DNA of 61,914 nucleotides, filler included, from Chiloscyllium plagiosum (taxonomy: Eukaryota): NCBI RefSeq assembly GCF_004010195.1. It is 4 parts of one record of this genome, joined end to end, with 100 filler letters (N's around TTAATTAATTAA, not from the genome) between each part and the next. Parts side by side here need not be neighbours in the genome. Positions count along the whole stretch, not along the records: positions 41,487 to 54,797 come from NC_057711.1; positions 54,898 to 61,914 come from NC_057711.1; 2 more parts are not named here. The stretch is one strand, 5' to 3'. The notes beneath the pieces were generated by a model, which saw nothing but the letters and a program-made list of their open reading frames with translations, did not search any database and was not told the origin of the DNA. The translations under genes and the position numbers were made by a program. Of this stretch, positions 52,919 through 61,914 are shown one piece after another. Position 1 is the first letter of the stretch; each line of letters begins with the position of its first letter.

Positions 52919-53221
52919 CGGGGCCCGAGAACGCAGGGGCATGTGGGGTTGGCAGACCCCTATATGCAAATGAGGGTAATGGACAAGAATCTGTATTTTT
53001 TGGTTGACACGGGTGCAAGATTTTCTACCATCACTTGTGATATACCTCGGTCAAGCATGTCATCCTCTAGCGTCCAGTTAGTAGGGTTCTCGGGTAAACC
53101 AGAAAATCTGCCTTTGACATCGCCACTGATCACATCAGTGGCCGGACAGACCTTTCGTCACCAGTATATTTCATCACCTGCATGCCTCGTGAATTTGATG
53201 GGACGTGACTTGCTGGTGAGA
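52919..53221 (+). CDS. pro: retroviral aspartic protease (partial, runs into gap)
   Basis: FLVDTGARFSTI active site, LVGFSG flap and NLMGRDLL. Confidence 0.9.
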
Positions 53222-53721
53222 NNNNNNNNNNNNNNNNNNNNNNNNNNNNNNNNNNNNNNNNNNNNNNNNNNNNNNNNNNNNNNNNNNNNNNNNNNNNNNN
53301 NNNNNNNNNNNNNNNNNNNNNNNNNNNNNNNNNNNNNNNNNNNNNNNNNNNNNNNNNNNNNNNNNNNNNNNNNNNNNNNNNNNNNNNNNNNNNNNNNNNN
53401 NNNNNNNNNNNNNNNNNNNNNNNNNNNNNNNNNNNNNNNNNNNNNNNNNNNNNNNNNNNNNNNNNNNNNNNNNNNNNNNNNNNNNNNNNNNNNNNNNNNN
53501 NNNNNNNNNNNNNNNNNNNNNNNNNNNNNNNNNNNNNNNNNNNNNNNNNNNNNNNNNNNNNNNNNNNNNNNNNNNNNNNNNNNNNNNNNNNNNNNNNNNN
53601 NNNNNNNNNNNNNNNNNNNNNNNNNNNNNNNNNNNNNNNNNNNNNNNNNNNNNNNNNNNNNNNNNNNNNNNNNNNNNNNNNNNNNNNNNNNNNNNNNNNN
53701 NNNNNNNNNNNNNNNNNNNNN

Positions 53722-54797
53722 ATAGCTGTGTTAGAATGGTCAGAGGGAAAAAGAATAAATATCTATACCGACTCTGCATATGTGGCAGGGGATATACAAG
53801 TAGAACTTAGTCAATGGATCAGAGCAGGATTCTTAGCAGCAGCAAAAACCCCAATTAAACATGAAAAAGATATGAAAAGATTAGCGGAGGCCCTGATGAA
53901 ACCTGCAGAAGTGGCAGTGGTCAAGTGTAGAGGACATGATAAAGCAGATACAGTAGTAGCGAAGGGTAGTCAGGAAGCAGACTCAGCAGCAAAGAAAGCA
54001 GCAGGGTATACACCACAGTATATAATGATGCAAACAGAGAGAACAGTATATGACCTGCTGCCCGCTTGTGATGTAAATGTGTTAATAAAAGAGCAGCAGA
54101 AAGCCTCTCCTCATGAACTGACAGTATGGAGAGAGAGAGGGGCCACAGAGTCAGAAAGGATTTGGAGGTCACCGGATGGTAGACCAGTGCTACCCCCAGG
54201 TTTGATAGCTTCTATGCTTCAGGAGGCTCATGGGCTCACACATTGTGGAAAAACGCAGATGCAGAGGTATCTGACACATTGGTGGCATCCGTCCTTGCCA
54301 GCAATGATTGAAAATTATATCAGGGAATGTAGAACATGTACAGAATATAACATGAGACCAACAGTGAAACCACACGAGGGAAAATTCCCTCTTCCAAGAC
54401 AGGAGGCTCATGGGCTCACACATTGTGGAAAAACGCAGATGCAGAGGTATCTGACACATTGGTGGCATCCGTCCTTGCCAGCGATGATTGAAAATTATAT
54501 CAGGGAATGTAGAACGTGTACAGAATACAATGTGAGACCAACAGTGAAACCACACCAGGGAAAATTCCCTCTTCCAAGAATGCCAGGTCAGGAAATAGTG
54601 ATTGACTACACTGATATCATAGAGAGAGTAAACAGATACCGGTACCTTCTGGTAGCAGTGGATGCATACACTGGTTGGCCAGAAGCAATACCTGCGAAAA
54701 AGGAAGATGCAAAGACAGTGATCAAATTCTTGATAAACCAATATATTCCAATGCATGGGTTTCCAAAGAAAGTCAGGTCAGATAATGGCACACACTT
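53722..54797 (+). CDS. pol: pol fragment: RNase H and integrase (partial, open between gaps)
   Basis: INIYTDSAY...VKCRGH (RNase H); HGLTH...CRTC (HHCC, twice); IVIDYTD, VAVDAYTGWPEA and VRSDNGTH (integrase core). Confidence 0.92.
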
Positions 54798-55163
54798 NNN
54801 NNNNNNNNNNNNNNNNNNNNNNNNNNNNNNNNNNNNNNNNNTTAATTAATTAANNNNNNNNNNNNNNNNNNNNNNNNNNNNNNNNNNNNNNNNNNNNACC
54901 ATCAATTGCAGAAATATATGAGAGGACAGATATTAAAGAGTGCAGAGTTGTTAGAGTGTTATCTTAGTGGATGCTAGAGAGGCAATAAGAATCTCAGTTA
55001 CTGATGAGTTTTAAAACAAGAATAGAATTTGACAATATTGGCAGCTAAAACATTGTTGAAAAATGTGTTGCTGGAAAACTGCAGCAGGTCAGGCAGCATC
55101 AAAGGAGCAGGAGAATCGATGCTTTGGGCTGAAACACTGTGCCAAAATATCTGGATAATGGAG

Positions 55164-55252
55164 TGTGAGTGATTTGTGTCTTTGTCCTCTCCTCTCAGGT
55201 TGCTGCTCTTGCTGTCCTGCAGCATGCACCAACTGTGCCAATGGCTGTGTGT
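55164..55252 (+). pseudogene. orphan duplicate of metallothionein intron 2 end and 5' part of exon 3
   Basis: 89 bp identical to 56782-56870, including the splice acceptor. Encodes [17 protein letters not shown], then breaks off. Confidence 0.9.
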
Positions 55253-55706
55253 CTATTCTCCTGCCTTCTCCCCATATCCTTCAAGCACCTTGTTCGTCAA
55301 AAATCTGTTTCTCTCATAAAACAGTGACAATGACATGTACATAAGACAGTCCAAACACAGAGAAGACAGTGCGTAAAATACAGACCCCACCCCCGAGCCC
55401 TGTCTGTGTTAATTGTTGGGGAGGTTCCGGATACCTTTTACACACAGAAAGGTGGACAAGCAGCAAAGACTGACCCACTCCTGTATGTTGGTTGTGAGAC
55501 ACATCGCCTCCAACACAGACACAGCTCAGATACTGATAATTTGTCCTATATTTCGATTCTCTGTGTTTGTATGTTCTTTCATTATTTTTATCATAACCAA
55601 TCAATTCAACCTCTTATTCGCCCAGAAATCTTGTGAAACGAATTCATTTTAAATCGTAAAAGTATTTCATCTGGGAGAAAGGAAATGATAAGTGAGGCGA
55701 TGGACA

Positions 55707-55956
55707 GAGTGCAGACCATGTCTACCCTGAGCCCTGCAGTGTGGTTTCACTCACTCTCCAAATATTTCCCATCACAGGATCTCTATATGACACTGATTGA
55801 GAAATCCCTTCGGGCCGTGTTGTGAATGAAGGAAGCGGCTGCAATTCAAACCTCCAGCCGCTGACTCACTCCGAAGGGTCGTGTGCATTCAGGTAGCGCC
55901 GAGCCGCCTGTTGCCCGGTTTTGCAGCCGGTTCGCCTCCCATCACAAGCTCATAAA
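55707..55956 (+). promoter_or_regulatory. metallothionein promoter
   Basis: Reverse MRE cores (TGCRCNC) GAGTGCA at 55707-55713 and GTGTGCA at 55881-55887; AP-1 TGACTCA at 55862-55868; TATA-like CATAAA at 55951-55956. CpG-rich. A further TGCACAC lies in intron 1 (56253). Confidence 0.6.
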
Positions 55957-56038
55957 GCTCGGCTCGGCTTCAGCAAACGGCACAAGGTCGAGAAGCGCGG
56001 ATTGGAGCCGGCTCGAAGCTGCAGAAGAAGTTGGTGAG

Positions 56039-56072
56039 ATGTCGGACCCGAAGCCCTGTGTGTGCCTGGATG
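56039..56072 (+). CDS. mt: metallothionein exon 1
   Basis: ATG..MSDPKPCVCLD+G followed by a GTGAGT donor (phase 1). Confidence 0.93.
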
Positions 56073-56290
56073 GTGAGTGGGGCTTGGTGCAGTGCTTTCA
56101 GCACAGTGTCCCAGTGCGGGGCCTCAGTCTGACTGGGAGCCAGCAGCATTGCAGGGAGGCCAGGCTGCTTCTTCAACTCACTGCAGCCCAGGGCAATGGC
56201 ACAAAGAGCCGGGCCCCGTGCCCAGCCCGTGCCTGGGGCCATTGCTGGGCGGTGCACACCACTCACTCTCTGTGTTTTTCCTCTTTTCAG

Positions 56291-56368
56291 GATCCTGCTC
56301 CTGTGAAAACACCTGCAGATGCTCCAACTATCAATGTGCCACCAGCAAAGCTGGACGCTGCCAGAAAA
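56291..56368 (+). CDS. mt: metallothionein exon 2
   Basis: TTTTCAG acceptor; (G)SCSCENTCRCSNYQCATSKAGRCQK; GTGAGT donor (phase 1). Confidence 0.93.
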
Positions 56369-56816
56369 GTGAGTCACTGGGACAGGCTTTCAAACTGCTC
56401 CCGTTGTATTGGTGTGACACATAGTCCTGGGCACAATTCACACAGGGACTCCACAGACACATACATGATCCGGGATTACACCGGATTGAATTGCCATCCG
56501 ATTTCTACAATGTCCAATCGGAAGAATCTTCAGACCAGAAGCTGCTGCTTAAAGCAATCTTTGAGGTTGCCATCGGAAAGCGCTGATCTTCTTGACTTCT
56601 GATTAGAAACCGTGTTGTGGAGATAGTGACAGGAACATCTTGCCTCAAACTGTCTCTCACTGGGATGTGCTGCTGAGCCTGTTCAGGGGGGTGACTGGGA
56701 GATGGGAGACAGATGGGTTTGTGAGGGAGGAGCTGGGTGCTGTCATGGGAGGCTGTGGGAGCTTTCAGTGAACGAATTGATTGTGAGTGATTTGTGTCTT
56801 TGTCCTCTCCTCTCAG

Positions 56817-56911
56817 GTTGCTGCTCTTGCTGTCCTGCAGCATGCACCAACTGTGCCAATGGCTGTGTGTGTAAAGGGAATACCTCTGAGAAATGTACCT
56901 GCTGCTCCTGA
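56817..56911 (+). CDS. mt: metallothionein exon 3
   Basis: CTCTCAG acceptor; (S)[30 protein letters not shown]. Spliced CDS is 207 nt = 68 aa with 19 Cys. Confidence 0.95.
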
Positions 56912-57073
56912 ACAACACGCTCTTCAGACACAGTCTCTGAAAGATTGTCCATTTGTACTGTGTTCCCCAAGCTGCATATTTTCGTTATGTAGCTCCGGAG
57001 GATTTGTGTATTATTGTGAATCATTACAAGTTTATTGAATGTTGTTTTGCTTGTCTTTTGATATAAGTACCTG

Positions 57074-57079
57074 AATAAA
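57074..57079 (+). terminator. polyadenylation signal of mt
   Basis: AATAAA about 160 nt after the stop codon. Confidence 0.65.
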
Positions 57080-57225
57080 ATTCCACTCTGGGATACATTT
57101 AAAAAGTCCTCTTTTTTTCTTAAATGACCGTCGATGCAACAAATCGGAAATGCCATTGAACGATCTGTACAGAACCCGCATTGCATACTATTAAACTTTG
57201 AAGCCAGATTGTTGCCCGTAAATGG

Positions 57226-57830
57226 GAATGGGAAAGTGAACAGACACATGACAGATGAAACACAATAAAAATGATAGGAAGAGCTGGGAATGGCACAATG
57301 GATGAAATCGCATTCTTTAGGTTGGCATTATTCATTAAAATCTCTGCTAATGCTTACAGAGGCATTTGACTCATACACTGACCAATTCATACACTTCAGA
57401 GCGGGAGAAATGAGGTTCAACTCTCTGCAGGCGGACCAGTTTCAGGAATGGTGGTGTGGGGAATTCATTGGCAGTTCGGCTAATGCTCGTATGCAAGAGT
57501 GATGCAGCATCCCATTATGAACTTTACCATAAATTGGATATTAGTCTGTTCCATCTGTCAGCTTATTGTGCATACTCAAGTTTATGAAACAGATTGCTTG
57601 AATCAATTTGAAAAAGACCATACATGTGTTCCTGTATTCCAGGCAATGTTTCTCCCGCTCTGAAGTGTATGAATTGGTCAGTGTATGAGTCAAATGCCTC
57701 TGTAAGCATTAGCAGATTTAATGAATAATACCAACCTAAAGAATGCGATTTCATCCATTGTGCCATTACCAGCTCTTCCTATCATTTTTATTGTGTTTCA
57801 TCTGTCACGTGTCTGTTCACTTTCCCATTC
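57226..57830. repeat. inverted repeat with ~185-bp arms (57226-57410 / 57648-57830)
   Basis: Arms are near-identical reverse complements with a ~237-bp unique spacer. Confidence 0.93.
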
Positions 57831-58684
57831 TGTTCTCTTCAGCCTCTTGTCATCCGTCTCATTGTTTACAAATATTGTGTTGGTCAAATTTGAAGCAAAC
57901 CAGAAATTCCCCTGGGCTTGGAGTCAAATTAAGACAGGGAGAGAATTACAGAATTGTCCGCTTGTTCAAAAGCAAGTTGTAAGGTGAAGCCCAGTAATTA
58001 CAGACCAGTTATCTCAACCTTGGTAGTAGAGATACTTTGAGTAAAAAAATGCTGCTATAAAATTAGAAAGATTTCCTGGTGGTGGAAATTGAATAAAGGT
58101 TTGTACGCCTGTTGTCTTTCACTGTGTCTCACACCTGCACACACACAACATGGGTGCTGGGGAAAATATAATCACTACCGCAGTTTGATGGTAGTGTGTG
58201 GGTAACGAAATAAAAAAGAAAAAAGAAGGAAATAAGAAAAATTAAATAAAATGAGAGAGATGTTGATGAATTAGGTAGTGTCAGAATCTTGCCTGGATGT
58301 TATCCCTCTGGTGTTCTCTGTTGAGAGGACCTCAGACTGTGGGCCATACCTCAAAGTAGGAAAATAAAAGTCAAAGGAGGATGTGGTGCTGATTTGGACA
58401 CAGCAAATAACCTTCCTCTGGAGGCAGACAACTTGCGTAAAGTACTTGATGAAATATATTTTCATCCTCTGTTCTCTAGGGAAGAGAATGTTGTTTAAGT
58501 CACAGTAATGGAGGAGTTGAAAGTGGATTTGATACCTTATATAACAAGGACTTCAAGTGTTGACTGCCATCCAAGTCGAAAACTCAACCCATGGAGATGA
58601 GATGTACTCAGGATGAATGAGTTTGAATTTGGGCAGGAATAGTAGTGGATGTGGCAACAACATTCTAATCTTCTGAGAATTATG

Positions 58685-58934
58685 CTAGAGGTCTTAGTAA
58701 ACATAAGGGGAAATAAATCTCCAGGAACTGATGAAGTGTATCCCAGCATGTTGTAGGAAGTTGTTGAGGAAATTATAGGGCCCCTAGCTGAACTGCTTGC
58801 ATTATGTACGAACACAGGTGAAGTATTGGAGGACTGGAGAGTGGCTAACGTTGTGCCATTGTTTAAGGAAGGCTGTCAGGAGAAAACTGGAAAATAGAGA
58901 CCTGTGAGTCTGACATCAATGGTGGGTAATTTGT
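58685..58934 (+). mobile_element. CR1 ORF2 fragment
   Basis: KSPGTDEVYP...EDWRVANVVPLFK...RPVSLTSMVG. Confidence 0.85.
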
Positions 58935-59349
58935 NNNNNNNNNNNNNNNNNNNNNNNNNNNNNNNNNNNNNNNNNNNNNNNNNNNNNNNNNNNNNNNNNN
59001 NNNNNNNNNNNNNNNNNNNNNNNNNNNNNNNNNNNNNNNNNNNNNNNNNNNNNNNNNNNNNNNNNNNNNNNNNNNNNNNNNNNNNNNNNNNNNNNNNNNN
59101 NNNNNNNNNNNNNNNNNNNNNNNNNNNNNNNNNNNNNNNNNNNNNNNNNNNNNNNNNNNNNNNNNNNNNNNNNNNNNNNNNNNNNNNNNNNNNNNNNNNN
59201 NNNNNNNNNNNNNNNNNNNNNNNNNNNNNNNNNNNNNNNNNNNNNNNNNNNNNNNNNNNNNNNNNNNNNNNNNNNNNNNNNNNNNNNNNNNNNNNNNNNN
59301 NNNNNNNNNNNNNNNNNNNNNACAATCCATCTTCAAGACTGGAAGCAAT

Positions 59350-59846
59350 CATAGAATTCCTATGATGTGGAAGCAGGTCTTTTGGCCCATTGAGTTCACA
59401 CTGGCCCTCTGAAGAGCTTCCCACCCATTCCCACCTCCTTATCCTATCACTGTCACCCTGTATTATGCATGGCCAAATACAGCTAACCTGCACATTTTGG
59501 ATCATGGAAAGAACCAGGAGGAAACCCATTCAGCTACGGGCAGAACATACAAACTGCACACCTATGGTGTGGAAGCAGGTCTTTTGGCCCATTGAGTCCA
59601 CACTGGCCCTCTGAAGAGCTTCCCACCCATTCCCACCTCCTTATCCTATCACTGTCACCCTGTATTATGCATGGCCAAATACAGCTAACCTGCACATTTT
59701 GGATCATGGAAAGAACCAGGAGGAAACCCATTCAGCTACGGGCAGAACATACAAACTCCACACAGACAGTCAGCTGAGGGAGGGATTGAACCCAGTTCCC
59801 TGGAACGGTCAGGCAGCAGTGCTGATCACTGAGCCACCTTGCTACC
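59350..59846 (-). mobile_element. HE1-type SINE with an internal 202-bp tandem duplication
   Basis: tRNA head on - at ~59790-59846; 59359-59560 is repeated at 59561-59762. Confidence 0.85.
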
Positions 59847-61129
59847 AATATTCTAGCTGAGGTGTGATGAGTGTCTAACAAATGCTTAGTGTATCCTACC
59901 TACTACTGTACTCTGCATCACTATTAATAAAGCATAGAATAAGGCACCAATTGTGCTCTTCACGTCCTGCCATCGTTCATAGGTGATGTAGAATTACTGC
60001 CAGGTCCCTCTGCTAAAACAAACCCTTTACATTCATTTGCTTTAATTTATGTCGCCTCTCCATATTTTCATACCAAATCGATCATGTCAACTGGTTATAA
60101 GTTTGCAAAATGGACCCTGTGTTTCAAAAATGTCAACTGTGTATTTTGAAATTACTACATTGTCTGAGTGCACTTTCAGAAGTCCTGTACTTGGGCTTTA
60201 ACTTTGAAAATCATTCTTTACAGTTGATATCGCACAGTGGGGTTCCTTATGAATGTGACACAGTGTTAAAATGTATCATAACTGGGAAACATAGACAAGG
60301 TTATCCTCAAAATCCAAATGTTCCAGTTTGATTGGGGAGAATTTGTTTCCATTAGCTGGGGAGACTGGGATTGTGGGCACCGCCTGAGAGTCAGAGGGGG
60401 TCAATTTAGAATGGAAATGAGATCGGTGGGCCTGTGGAATTCATTGCAGTGAAGGCCAGGATGTTAAATGTCTTCAAAAGCAGAGATTGATAAATTCTTG
60501 ACCTTGCAATGGATTAAGGACTACAGGGAGAGTGTGGGTAAGTGGAGTTGAAATGCCCATCAACCACGATAACGTGGTGGAGTGGACTGGATGGGAAAAA
60601 TGGCCTTACTTCCAATTCCATGTCCTATGGCCTTATGGTCTTATGGAAATCAAAGATATTCAGGACGGTTATAGCTGTAAAGTGGAGTTGTGTGAACAAC
60701 CGGATCAGGCATGCTTTATTCAATGGCCACATACCCCTACCGGCCAAATCGCCGACTCCTACTGCAAACTTGAATGGAGTGGGGGGACGGGAGTGTTAGT
60801 TGGTGTATAATTTTCAAAGGTGGAAGTCCAATAAGAGGCCCTTCAACACAGATGTAACTGCTGCTTTGAATTACAGGTATGGGAGAGAGAAACTAATTCT
60901 ATCTTTCCACTTGTTTCTCCTGAATGAATAGCAGAGCCGGCCTGGCACAGTATCAGTCCAGCCTGATGGAGGGTGAAATACATGAAAACTTATTTTCGAT
61001 TCAGATCTAAGAAAGTTCAACCACCTTCTCTCTGAGCTATTGATATCTAGCAATCCTTTTGATATCTAGTATTACAACAGCAAATGCCAAAATGGAGCAG
61101 AAGTCAGTAGTGTACAAACAGTTAATTTT

Positions 61130-61540
61130 ATGCAATCAACAGTGAGTTCAAATAATGATTATTTAATCCCAATTAATTACATGTGGTGACATCAAATTTC
61201 AAAACAGCACTTTCCAAATTATTTCTTAATTAGAGAATGATTTCACAAGTTTCTGCCTCCTTCATCAATATACACCTTTGGGAACCATTCTTTGAGAATG
61301 CTTCCCTGGTATTGAGAATTCAGGTGTGAATCATCCATTCACTCATTTCCACACCGAAATTCTCAATACCAGTGAACTCTCAAAGAATGGTCTCTCTGCT
61401 GAAAATTCATGGAGGAGGCAGAAATTTATAAAATTGCTGTAGAATTAAGAGATTATTTTGAAAATCCTCTTTGGAATTTTGATGTCAACACACATAATTA
61501 ATTGGGATTAAACAATCATTATTAGAACCAACTGTTGCAT
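61130..61540. repeat. ~410-bp imperfect palindrome (fold-back)
   Basis: Nested complementary blocks: AATAATGATTATTTAATCCCAATTAATTA / TAATTAATTGGGATTAAACAATCATTATT, TGACATCAAA, TTTCTGCCTCCT, ACCATTCTTTGAGA, CTGGTATTGAGAATT and GGTGTG. Confidence 0.88.
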
Positions 61541-61699
61541 GAGTTGCATGAGTTCAGCATGAAGATTCTTGTCAGTTAGTCGCTTACAGCTTCATCATTA
61601 AGTTTTCAAATGGTCCAAATTATTTCAATAGCATGAGTTGGGTGTTACATTAAGAAATAATCATACAGAACATGGGACAATTAAAAGAAAGGAAAAGAA

Positions 61700-61905
61700 A
61701 GATTTGCATTCTTAAAGCACTTTTCGTTACCCTTGCATGTCTCATAGCACTTTAGAACTATAGGCAATTTGCATTCAGCAAGCTCTCACAAGCAGCAATA
61801 TCATAGTGACCAGTCAATCTGTTTTGTGTTCTTGAAGGTTAAATATCGGCCATGGATTATTCGTCCATTCTCTTTTGAAATAGGGACATAAGATCTTTTG
61901 AATGC
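61700..61905 (-). mobile_element. ancient Deu-domain-like SINE fragment
   Basis: Reverse-complement resemblance to the tail/core of the element at 35810-36450. Confidence 0.4.
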
Positions 61906-61914
61906 TTAACTGCT

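Larger units (their letters stand above)
48354..54797 (+). mobile_element. defective class I (gamma/epsilon-like) endogenous retrovirus: presumed leader, gag, pro, partial pol
   Basis: Order gag - protease - [gap] - RNase H - integrase, with late-domain motifs and an in-frame gag stop. RT, env and LTRs are not visible; the 5' boundary is inferred. Confidence 0.85.

Noticed and set aside
53222..53721. Apparent deletion of reverse transcriptase from the ERV
   Set aside because: The region is an assembly gap of uncertain size; absence of RT cannot be claimed.
55883..56602. 239-aa ORF over the MT locus
   Set aside because: It reads through promoter and introns in GC-rich DNA; the spliced 68-aa MT explains the region.
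59359..59762. 202-bp tandem duplication producing paired ORFs
   Set aside because: Internal duplication of a SINE beside a gap; non-coding and possibly an assembly artefact.

Overview
Repeat-dense vertebrate DNA, very probably from a shark: it carries HE1-type SINEs, CR1/HER1 LINEs and a chondrichthyan-type metallothionein. It comes from a gapped draft assembly. The only clear host gene is a 3-exon metallothionein (56039-56911, +, 68 aa). It has MRE/AP-1/TATA-like upstream motifs, one conserved Cys replaced by Tyr, and an orphan copy of its exon 3 upstream. About 1.2 kb upstream, across a scaffold gap, lies a defective class I (gamma/epsilon-like) endogenous retrovirus. It has gag with PSAP/YPxL/PPPY motifs and a CCHC knuckle, an in-frame TGA-CGG gag/pro junction, protease, RNase H and an integrase with a duplicated HHCC domain. 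A CpG-rich 42-bp tandem array of E-box+E2F+ETS sites precedes it. The rest is CR1-group and Rex1 LINE fragments, SINEs, Penelope-like elements with minimal hammerhead-ribozyme cores, two tail-to-tail hAT transposase relics, a ~2-kb inverted duplication differing by one SINE, and two long unexplained hairpins. Family names come from recognised motifs, not database searches. Boundaries of old repeats are approximate.
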